DNA of 64,000 nt from Candidatus Nomurabacteria bacterium (GTDB taxonomy: Bacteria; Patescibacteriota; Minisyncoccia; Phycocordibacterales; SBAW01): contig CALQYT010000005.1 of NCBI GenBank assembly GCA_943348815.1, positions 5,167-69,166 of the forward strand, given 5' to 3'. The notes beneath the pieces were generated by a model, which was not told the DNA's origin, made no database searches, and was given only the letters and a program-made list of their open reading frames with translations. Both the position numbers and the translations under genes were made by a program. This document shows positions 28,559 to 36,149 of the stretch, piece after piece (the stretch's first letter is position 1; each line of letters opens with the position of its first letter).

Positions 28559-28586
28559 CAAAACCACCCCCGCGGGGGTGGTTTTG
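28559..28586 (-). terminator. Intrinsic terminator
   Basis: caaaaccacccccgcgggggtggttttg. Confidence 0.75.
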
Positions 28587-28603
28587 CGACCAGAAGGGTG
28601 AGA

Positions 28604-29704
28604 CTAGCGTTTCGTGGTAAACGAGACGATGTCCCCTGCTACCGTGCCTTGCGGGTTGCGGGCAACGCCGCGGTAGTAGTACGTGGTGTTGTTGGAGAGT
28701 CCATTTGCAGTCACCGATACATTGGTCGTTGCTTCGCCCGGCAGTGTTTGCGTTGCCGTGACGGTACCAAGAATGTTGGTCAAGAGCGGCGTGGTGCCGT
28801 ACTCAAACCAATAGGAGCTCGCGGCGTTGTGCGGATTGATCCGCGCGTTGAGCGTTGCCGTTGAGGTGCCCACAAGTGTCGCTGCCGTCGTATCCACCAT
28901 TGGCAAACCGGTTGTCGCCGGGCCCGCCGTAGTAAAGCTCTGTGTCGCGCCGCTTACCGTCCCATAGTTATTTTGCGCGTTGAAGCGATAATAATATTTG
29001 GTCTGCGGGCTCAGCGTCCCGACCGGCACCGCAATAGGGAGAGAGTCGGTACCGCTGCCGGCAACCCCGAAGGAGCTCACGCTGCCGAAGTTTGGCGTCG
29101 TGCCGTACTCAAACCAGTACGTAGTTTGTGCGTTGTTTGGGTTAACATGTCCGTTGAGTGTTGCGTTGGTGCGGTCGATAGCCGTTGCCGCATTGGTGCT
29201 CACCGTCGGTGCCTTGCCTACCGGCGGCGGATTGGCTGTGGTGGTAAAGGTGTACGTATTCCCTTCAACGCTGCCAAAACTATTTTGTGCGCTCATGCGG
29301 TAGGAGTACGTCGTGTTGGGCGTCAGTCCGCTCAAGAATGCGGGTGTTGCGACCGTGACAAATCCAGCACCAACCGTTTTTGGTGTCGTGCGGTTCGTGA
29401 GCGAGCCGGAGGTGCCGAAGTCAAACCAATAGGTGGTCAAGGCTCCGTTGGGGGCAACGTACCCCGTGACAACCGCGCTCGTGTCAGCCGGGACAGCCAA
29501 GCGTCCGGTCTGCACGCCAGGGAGGCCTGCCGATTGTGCGGGCACCGGCGGCGTGGTTGCCGTATCGGTGTTCCCGGTCTGCTGTGTGGTGGTTGCCGTA
29601 CCTCCCGTCGTCGAGGTTCCCGTGCTGCCGTTCCAAACCATATAGCCAATAACTAAAACTACCAGCACTGCTAGCGCACCTATGATCGTGTTTGTTGAAT
29701 TCAT
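28604..29704 (-). CDS. Membrane-anchored surface protein with three FN3-like repeats
   Basis: N-terminal TM; repeats V/I-N-P..YWFEYGT..L-x-P-x-T-x-Y-Y-Y-R..FTT. Confidence 0.85.
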   Translation of the reverse strand: MNSTNTIIGALAVLVVLVIGYMVWNGSTGTSTTGGTATTTQQTGNTDTATTPPVPAQSAGLPGVQTGRLAVPADTSAVVTGYVAPNGALTTYWFDFGTSGSLTNRTTPKTVGAGFVTVATPAFLSGLTPNTTYSYRMSAQNSFGSVEGNTYTFTTTANPPPVGKAPTVSTNAATAIDRTNATLNGHVNPNNAQTTYWFEYGTTPNFGSVSSFGVAGSGTDSLPIAVPVGTLSPQTKYYYRFNAQNNYGTVSGATQSFTTAGPATTGLPMVDTTAATLVGTSTATLNARINPHNAASSYWFEYGTTPLLTNILGTVTATQTLPGEATTNVSVTANGLSNNTTYYYRGVARNPQGTVAGDIVSFTTKR

Positions 29705-29809
29705 ACATTTATATGAAAATGGTTAATAGCTGAGCTTAACTCCGGGTAGATGTGTTTTGTATGAGGGCTACATCGAATGCCTCGTATATCATCTGTTAAG
29801 ATACTTAGT

Positions 29810-29908
29810 ATGAGTAACAAAAGTGGTAAAAAATCCTGGGCTGCATCGAAAACGGTCCGCGACGTCGCCGCCCGGGTCAAGGGCGACAGCAAAAAGAAAA
29901 AGTATTAA
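29810..29908 (+). CDS. Possible 32-aa basic peptide (absent from the ORF track)
   Basis: MSNKSGKKSWAASKTVRDVAARVKGDSKKKKY; TAAGAT-7 nt-ATG. Confidence 0.4.
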   Translation: MSNKSGKKSWAASKTVRDVAARVKGDSKKKKY

Positions 29909-30888
29909 ACCACCCGAATTTGGGTAAAGTTCTTCCCTTCCAAACCTTTAATCGTTACCGGCTCCCAGGCTGCCTGTGCCTTTTCGAGTTGTGAGGGTGA
30001 AAGGATGGTCTCGATAAAACTATCCTCACGCTTTTGAAGCGCCCCGACCCCTACCCAAAATTTAGCGACCGATGTTTTAGTAGTCCCGATAGGGATAACA
30101 TTCGGCTCGAAGAAAACCGTAAACGCACTTATATTTTCAGTCGTGTACGAAGGTCGCACGCGAGTCTGCTTTTCTTGCAGGTTGTAATAGGCGTAATGCA
30201 TCAGGTCCACCTTTTCGCGCCAAAGCGGATCTTTGCTTTGCTCAGGGGTTACCTTTACGTTCATTTCTATAGAGCGTATTGCGGCGTCTGACAATGGTTG
30301 AGGGTTTGCTGCGCGAACCTGCTTTAACTTTTCCATCTCTGCGGCGAGTCCTGCCTCAAAAACTTCAGTGCTTTCGTACTGTGATCTCTCCAAAAAGACC
30401 TCGAACTTTAAATTTGCGGGAGCATACGGAGTAATAAAAGTCAGCAACTTAGCAAAACTTTGCTGGTAAGCGTCCAGATCGGCCTGGGGAATATTGTTCA
30501 TCTTACTAATGACCACCTCATCGACCCAAAAGGTAAAAGTCACTCCCTGCGGGTACAGCGCACACACCGGTTTAAGCCATCGCACGATATACATGATCGT
30601 AAAGAGTTCGGCCCAATCGGCTTCGGGCGTCTCCTCCAAGCGCCAGAGCTTGTATCCGCCAAAAGGCCAGGAAATTTTTATAGGTTCTTTGTCGGCAATA
30701 TTTTTCTCGAGAGCCGTTCTGATGATTTTTTGATTTTTTTCGGGTACCGAGAATTTTCTAAACTTTTTCGACATCAGCGCGGTAAAAATAGCCTGAGCCA
30801 TCTCGGCGTTGTCTTTGGGTTTTGTACTAGACGGCAAAGACGACTTGAGAGCATCAAGTTGAGAAGAGATGTACTCTTGTGCATTCAT
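29905..30888 (-). CDS. PvcA/Dit1-like (isocyanide synthase-related) protein
   Basis: PIKISWPFGGYK..ADWAELF..ALYPQGVTFTFWVDE resembles the PvcA pattern LPAFPxK..D.AE..YPPG...SDG; judged by eye. Confidence 0.55.
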   Translation of the reverse strand: MNAQEYISSQLDALKSSLPSSTKPKDNAEMAQAIFTALMSKKFRKFSVPEKNQKIIRTALEKNIADKEPIKISWPFGGYKLWRLEETPEADWAELFTIMYIVRWLKPVCALYPQGVTFTFWVDEVVISKMNNIPQADLDAYQQSFAKLLTFITPYAPANLKFEVFLERSQYESTEVFEAGLAAEMEKLKQVRAANPQPLSDAAIRSIEMNVKVTPEQSKDPLWREKVDLMHYAYYNLQEKQTRVRPSYTTENISAFTVFFEPNVIPIGTTKTSVAKFWVGVGALQKREDSFIETILSPSQLEKAQAAWEPVTIKGLEGKNFTQIRVV

Positions 30889-30892
30889 AGAG

Positions 30893-30966
30893 AGATGCGG
30901 GTAGGAATTGAACCTACGTCTCCTGCCTTGCGGGCAGGCGCCTGAATCCGTCTCGGCGACCGCATC
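30893..30966 (-). tRNA. tRNA-Cys(GCA) with atypical anticodon loop
   Basis: GATGCGG/CCGCATC acceptor stem, U73, anticodon arm CCTGC-CCGCAAG-GCAGG, T arm GTAGG-TTCAATT-CCTAC; CCA not encoded. Confidence 0.8.
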
Positions 30967-30987
30967 GGGGTGATTATAACAGAATAC

Positions 30988-31656
30988 CTATTTCCAAGTG
31001 TCGTAGAGCTTTCTAACGGCGGTGATGTCATACTCAGGAATATGGACAGGGACGCGCGACTCGCTCGCACTCGCGGGAGGTGTTGCGGCCAGTAGGCAGG
31101 ACGTGCCGTGATACTGCGGCGCATCATTAGGGTCGGCACCCGCGGGTACAAGTTGTATAGTAATCAGGTCTACGTTCTTTTCGGCAATACCTCCTAAGGT
31201 ACCCTCCGAATATTCAATAGAATATGTCTTCCCATCTTTTACAAAAGTGCGAGATTGCGAAAAAAGAGTAGCAACACCCATGTCGCCTTCGTTTTGGGTT
31301 ATTGGACAAAAGATATTAGCAGTGACTCCTCCTACCCCATCAGACAGGGTATACACTTCTTCGCCCCGAACGGTGCTTACTTCTGCCGGCCAGCCGGTTG
31401 GCCACACAAACGTGTAGCCGTTGCTGGTGGTGTAGGTTTGCCACCCAGTTATAGGTTTTGGCGTACGGTTTTCATTTTCATCGGCAGAAGACTGCGGATG
31501 ATACGAGTCCTGGCTACTTTGAGGCACGTAGGAAGAGTCAACAACCGCCTGATATTGCATCCCGATATAAAAACAGAGGACCGGTACCACCACCAGAAAC
31601 AGAATGATTGCCCCCAGTTTTGAATACCAGGTAACCTCGTGCCATTTAATTTCCAT
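30988..31656 (-). CDS. Membrane-anchored hypothetical protein
   Basis: N-terminal TM (VTWYSKLGAIILF), WQTYT..GYTFVWPTGW. Confidence 0.75.
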   Translation of the reverse strand: MEIKWHEVTWYSKLGAIILFLVVVPVLCFYIGMQYQAVVDSSYVPQSSQDSYHPQSSADENENRTPKPITGWQTYTTSNGYTFVWPTGWPAEVSTVRGEEVYTLSDGVGGVTANIFCPITQNEGDMGVATLFSQSRTFVKDGKTYSIEYSEGTLGGIAEKNVDLITIQLVPAGADPNDAPQYHGTSCLLAATPPASASESRVPVHIPEYDITAVRKLYDTWK

Positions 31657-31703
31657 ACCAAAACTATAGCACCGGTTTTTGCCTAATTTGCTAGAATAGA
31701 CTC

Positions 31704-31955
31704 ATGACTACAAAAGGAGTTGCCGGAGGCACGATACACACGATGCCCGCGGATTGGCGGAAGGCGCTTAATGCTACCCCGGCCGCCAAAGCGGTATGGG
31801 ATGACATTACCCCACTCGCGCGCAATGAGTGGATATGCTGGGTTACCTCCGGCAAAAAAGCCGAGACACGTGACATACGAATCAAAAAAGGACTCTCCAA
31901 ACTAAAAAGCGGCATGCGCCGCCCGTGTTGCTGGGCAGGCTGCCCGCATCGTTAA
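31704..31955 (+). CDS. YdeI/OmpD-associated family protein
   Basis: TPLARNEWICWVTSGKKAETR..RRPCCWAGC. Confidence 0.88.
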   Translation: MTTKGVAGGTIHTMPADWRKALNATPAAKAVWDDITPLARNEWICWVTSGKKAETRDIRIKKGLSKLKSGMRRPCCWAGCPHR

Positions 31956-32296
31956 GAACGTTTTAGTTTGCCCACGAGATAGTGAATAACTGAGGCAAGG
32001 ATGGTCCAGTAGACAAGCAAGTAGATACCGACAAATGGAGGAGGCGGGTCTTCTTTCAAAAAATCAACTTGGGGCGCCGCTATGGGCCCGAGCAAAACAA
32101 TTTTGATCGGCAAAATAATTGTGGACACCGCGCGCTTCCAGGCTAGTGGTGAGTCGCTACCGGTCGTCAGTACAGAATCGGGCGCTTGAGGAAACCCTCG
32201 AACGCCGGTTGTCCCCAAAAGTGAGGTCGTAATAAAAAGGAAGGCGAAGCCGAAGATAATAAAGAAAATAACAAATTTGGTTCTTGAAATAGCCAT
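31952..32296 (-). CDS. Hypothetical membrane protein
   Basis: Three hydrophobic segments. Confidence 0.65.
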   Translation of the reverse strand: MAISRTKFVIFFIIFGFAFLFITTSLLGTTGVRGFPQAPDSVLTTGSDSPLAWKRAVSTIILPIKIVLLGPIAAPQVDFLKEDPPPPFVGIYLLVYWTILASVIHYLVGKLKRS

Positions 32297-32339
32297 AACT
32301 TCTCAAACACTACCACGGACAAGGAAGTTACCAATCCTT

Positions 32340-32696
32340 TTAAATCCGGAAGAATTCGTCGTTCTCGCCTTCTTCGTACCCCATCAGCCGCCAAAAGCCG
32401 TGCGCGGTACTTTTGACATTGCTCGCGTACACTGCAAGCTCGTGTTTGTCACAATAATCGTGTATTGCTCCGATAACTTTACTCCCGACGCCGCTCACGC
32501 GGCTGTCGATGTTGCGGATTTCGAATGAATCGTCGTGCACAACAAACGAAAGGCTAAAGGAGTTGGTATCAATCTCTTGCGTCTCCCCGTCCGACTCAAT
32601 TACTGTTGGTTCGCCGGTTGCAACCAAAAGCATATTCGCCAGTTCTCGAATCGGCGGCTGCCCCTCTGCACTTCCCTCTTGTCGTTTTTCTAGCAT
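32340..32696 (-). CDS. GNAT-like hypothetical protein
   Basis: SGVGSKVI..AHGFWRLMGY; TACAAT-6 nt-ATG. Confidence 0.6.
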   Translation of the reverse strand: MLEKRQEGSAEGQPPIRELANMLLVATGEPTVIESDGETQEIDTNSFSLSFVVHDDSFEIRNIDSRVSGVGSKVIGAIHDYCDKHELAVYASNVKSTAHGFWRLMGYEEGENDEFFRI

Positions 32697-32812
32697 GTAG
32701 GGATTGTAACAAAATAATCTCTTACGTACCTTGTTTTAATTTAGGTGAGTTCTTGCTATGTGGGGACTCGAAAAAATAGATAAAAAACGGTATAGTGCTG
32801 ATTGTTCGACAT

Positions 32813-33074
32813 TCCGCGGTAGCTCAATGGTAGAGCAGCTCCCTGTCAGCAGGCAGCCTTTCGCCGCAAGGCGGATTGAATAACTTTGGGATAACGGTGG
32901 ACCCCTCGCCAAACCGGCAGGGCAACACCGTGGGAACCTCGCTATAGTCGCGGGGGCGCCGTAGAGACTAGATACCAAAGCACCCCTCGTGGGTGGTGAT
33001 ATAGTCCACTCCCGCAAGAAACTGTGGGGCGCAGTGTAAGGAGTTGGTTCCAGGTTCGAGTCCTGGCCGCGGAG
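32813..33074 (+). tRNA. tRNA-Asn(GTT) interrupted by a group I intron
   Basis: Exon 1 32813-32846 ends CTGT, exon 2 33037-33074 begins TAAGGAGT; the spliced product is a normal cloverleaf with G73. Confidence 0.92.
32847..33036 (+). ncRNA. Group I intron, 190 nt, no ORF
   Basis: Follows U, ends in G; P3 ctttgg/ccaaag; R-like GTAGAGACTA (32961) and S-like GATATAGTCC (32998). Confidence 0.9.
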
Positions 33075-33081
33075 CAAAAAT

Positions 33082-33100
33082 ATCAAGGTTCGACCTTGAT
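33082..33100. repeat. REP palindrome
   Basis: atcaaggttcgaccttgat, identical to 34659-34677. Confidence 0.85.
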
Positions 33101-33193
33101 GGGTTAACTAGACATTTTCATTATTTTATGTTTTATTAGTGCCGGCGCAGTTCGCCACAGCACAACCCTCTAAAACTGAGGAAGGGCATAGCT

Positions 33194-34090
33194 ATGACCA
33201 GCCGAGTCATGTTTTCTACCGCGGTGAGGACTCAATTGCCTCACATGAATAGAATTCACCACGCGCAATACCGGCGGCGACTCCTCGCCTCCGGGATCAG
33301 CGACGACCAGGGCAACCCGACTGAGCTTGCATATTTCTTAGACGAACTTTACGGCCCTTGTCTGCAGGACGTGGAGTTTTTCTGCGGGCAAAGCAACCTC
33401 TTCCGCATGATCGCGGCAGGTAAAGTTGTCTGGGAGATTCAAAAGCACTTCCCTGCAATTAAGACGCGAGTCGTCTCTGCCCTGGCTGCACTCATAGCTA
33501 AAGGCAGCATCCATCGTCGCAAATCCCCGGAGGACATGCGGCCGTTCTTCCAACGTAGGGATACGTTGTCTGACCTGCTCGACGAAGCGACGATGCTGAT
33601 CCACGCGAGCGAACAGATCAACTCGGTACCCGACGGCCAAAAGAGTGCCGCATTAAGTGGACTCCGGATCGATCCTCATCAGTTTCGGATAGTCCGGGCC
33701 GAATGGGCGCGGATCTTCTCCACACTTAAGGGGGACGATCCCGTCGATTACCGGGTGGTAGGCAATCACGCGGTACCACTACGTTGCGCGATCCTCGCCG
33801 GTACGCACTGGATCAATACCTTCGACCGGTACGGTGTGCTGCAAGACCTGTCTATCTGTAGCGTGCTCTATGAGAGGAGCGTAGATATCCAGGCTTACGA
33901 TCCAAACGACCTCGCCGTCGTCGGCTGGAACTTCCCAATGTCGGTAATGGACCAGGAATGGGACATGACCTCAGAAGGCTACCCGCTGACGTTGGTCACG
34001 AGAGCAGAAATGGAGCGCCACGCCCCCCATCTGCTCGAACTTCCTTTCGTCAAAAAACAATTCGCCGGCTTTCAACGGCCAAGCGAGTGA
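33194..34090 (+). CDS. Orphan hypothetical protein (298 aa)
   Basis: Long ORF, GAGGAAGGG SD, TAGACA at 33109, terminator gcccgcg..cgcgggc-TTTTTAATTTA. Confidence 0.75.
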   Translation: MTSRVMFSTAVRTQLPHMNRIHHAQYRRRLLASGISDDQGNPTELAYFLDELYGPCLQDVEFFCGQSNLFRMIAAGKVVWEIQKHFPAIKTRVVSALAALIAKGSIHRRKSPEDMRPFFQRRDTLSDLLDEATMLIHASEQINSVPDGQKSAALSGLRIDPHQFRIVRAEWARIFSTLKGDDPVDYRVVGNHAVPLRCAILAGTHWINTFDRYGVLQDLSICSVLYERSVDIQAYDPNDLAVVGWNFPMSVMDQEWDMTSEGYPLTLVTRAEMERHAPHLLELPFVKKQFAGFQRPSE

Positions 34091-34239
34091 ATTAACGGTC
34101 GCTAAAACCGACCAACCTTCAAGAGCCCGCGCCAAAACGCGGGCTTTTTAATTTAAGAAAATAAATGTTGTTTTTTTGACTCTCCTAGAGTAGTCTCTCT
34201 GCCAGAAGAGCTGCATACCGCAGCGCAGACGAGGGTGCC

Positions 34240-34530
34240 ATGATTCTGAGCCAAGACCGACTGAATGCGATCACGTTGTTGTTGATGTTGGGGACGACAA
34301 CCCACGAAGATTTTAATTCGCCAACAAACACGCCGATCTACCGCCTCGGCAGACTGGCGGCCGAGTTGGCCGAACTGCAGAACCGGCTCCAAGAGACCGC
34401 TGCGGAAGTCAGCAAACATCTTGCCGAGCGGATTGGCGAAAAAGCACCGACCGCTGAGGAGCTTGAGGCCTTCGTTCCACTTCTAGCCGAACAGATGCGA
34501 GACCTCAAACCTGCGCGGCGATCGTACTAA
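34240..34530 (+). CDS. Orphan helical protein (96 aa)
   Basis: GAGGG SD, TTGTTT-17-TAGTCT upstream, GGCTTTTTAATTTA downstream. Confidence 0.65.
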   Translation: MILSQDRLNAITLLLMLGTTTHEDFNSPTNTPIYRLGRLAAELAELQNRLQETAAEVSKHLAERIGEKAPTAEELEAFVPLLAEQMRDLKPARRSY

Positions 34531-34658
34531 GCTTCCCTACCCGGGCGGCTTTTTAATTTAAATTTATGTTCGTGGAACATGTATTAGTTCCCGCCCCAAA
34601 ACAAAAACAGAAGCCGTCGGGTGTACTCGGCGGCTTTTTTGTTTAATGAAGACAAAAA

Positions 34659-34677
34659 ATCAAGGTTCGACCTTGAT
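34659..34677. repeat. REP palindrome
   Basis: atcaaggttcgaccttgat. Confidence 0.85.
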
Positions 34678-34766
34678 GGGCTTGATTTTTATTACTCAAA
34701 GGGTAGCTTTGTGTCAGAGGTTCGACTGCCCTCATAAAGCAGTCAATGGATCGCAGGGGGATCGCG

Positions 34767-35159
34767 ATGGCTGAGCGTTTCTTTGTCATCGCCGCAAAAG
34801 AAGTGGCGTTGGCACAGGGGGCAACCCCAAACAATAAGTTCATCGCCGCGTCGGGGGCTGACCCTGCTACGGCGGCGAGGTTTACTCGAATCGCCTTCGT
34901 CGGCGGAGAACCAACCATGGTGACCGTCCAATGGTACATCCAAACCTTTGTTGCCAAAGCAGACGGCACCTTAGTTGCCGATGAAGAATATCGGGCGCGC
35001 GATGCGACTCTCGGTGTTCTGCTTAAAATCGGACTGACTGACTCACTGGTGCTGATCGAGGAATGGCTATACGCTGCCTTCGAAAGATACTGCAAGGCAG
35101 CAGGCATTGAAGTTACCAAGCACTACTTCGACGGGACACTCTCACAAGCAACTTCCTGA
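34767..35159 (+). CDS. Orphan hypothetical protein
   Basis: AGGGGG SD before ATG 34767; TTGATT-16-TAGCTT upstream. Confidence 0.65.
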   Translation: MAERFFVIAAKEVALAQGATPNNKFIAASGADPATAARFTRIAFVGGEPTMVTVQWYIQTFVAKADGTLVADEEYRARDATLGVLLKIGLTDSLVLIEEWLYAAFERYCKAAGIEVTKHYFDGTLSQATS

Positions 35160-35188
35160 CTGCCCTAGTGCCAAAGGACGCTTCAGTC

Positions 35189-35467
35189 ATGCCCAAACGT
35201 AACCGTTTCGACCGCATGTCGCCCACCAAGTTTTTCGCCAAGGAAAGACTGATGAGGTTGGGGATCTCCTCCAACACTGCCGGACGAGCGAGCAAGGGGG
35301 CGCACGAGTACGCCTATGTGCGCGGCAATTTTCCCACCATGAGGAGATTCGCGGCGCATTACAACACCCGCGACTCGTTCGTCCCGACCCCTTCCAACTT
35401 TGGCAAAGCTTCTTGGGACGCACTCGTCCTCGCCATCAAGTCGGCCAGACTGCCTTTCGAAGACTAA
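35189..35467 (+). CDS. Small protein resembling the RNA polymerase alpha C-terminal domain
   Basis: LGISSNTA..FPTMRRF..PSNFGKASWDALVLAIKSARL versus alpha-CTD LSVRSA..TPNFGRKSLNEIKEVL; AAGGA SD. Confidence 0.55.
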   Translation: MPKRNRFDRMSPTKFFAKERLMRLGISSNTAGRASKGAHEYAYVRGNFPTMRRFAAHYNTRDSFVPTPSNFGKASWDALVLAIKSARLPFED

Positions 35468-35587
35468 CCAGCTGCTCCCGCGAGCGGCTTTTTTAATTTA
35501 GTAAATTACCGACTCCCCTACTTGACGTTGGGTTTAATATATGTTAAAGGGTTATCACCCTATACCAAGCACGGAAGGAGTTGGCCC

Positions 35588-35965
35588 ATGGCCAAAGTAC
35601 ACAAAGGCACTGCCAAACAGAAGGCCAAAAAGAAACGGCGGATCACCATCCGCGGACCACGGCGCAACCGTACCCCTGAGGAAGAAGTCGCGATGCACGA
35701 CATGCAAGCGCTGATCTTCACGGATTACCTTCGGCGCAAAGGGGCCCACGGCCCCCGCGAGCATCGCGAGCTCGCCGAGGACGCGGACCTGAGCTTTCGG
35801 ACGGTCCAGGGCATCGTGGAAGGAACCACACTCTGGTTCCGAGCCGAAACGGAGCGCAAGCTCCACAAAGCGCTCGGTGTCCGGCGCGACCTCACTGACA
35901 CGGTGACCGGCAAGCGCATCGACCCGCGGAGATATTACAACAAGATTCCCCGCAAGTTCTTCTAA
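35588..35965 (+). CDS. XRE-like HTH protein with basic N-terminal tail
   Basis: RELAEDADLSFRTVQGIVEG..ETERKLHKALGV; AAGGAG SD; TTGACG at 35522; terminator at about 35992-36018. Confidence 0.7.
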   Translation: MAKVHKGTAKQKAKKKRRITIRGPRRNRTPEEEVAMHDMQALIFTDYLRRKGAHGPREHRELAEDADLSFRTVQGIVEGTTLWFRAETERKLHKALGVRRDLTDTVTGKRIDPRRYYNKIPRKFF

Positions 35966-36149
35966 CGCATCCGTCCCCGACAAAAGCAGAGGCCGCCGAC
36001 ACCCATCGGCGGCTTTTTGTTTGGTTACTCCTTTACAGCCAAGCGTTTTCAACCTCTACTTTGTTATACACAGCCCAAAGGCTCGACTAAGTTAGTTTAA
36101 TTTCGTACTGATTAAGTATAAAAGCTAAGGGATTTACTATAACTACCGC

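Noticed and set aside
24243-29704. Internal repeats as DGR template/variable regions
   Set aside because: They are diverged protein-domain repeats (Ig, FN3) and no reverse transcriptase is present
30893-30966. Selenocysteine or suppressor tRNA
   Set aside because: Anticodon GCA, short variable loop and 7-bp acceptor stem
33082-36020. Prophage or integrative element at tRNA-Asn
   Set aside because: No integrase, structural genes or att duplication seen
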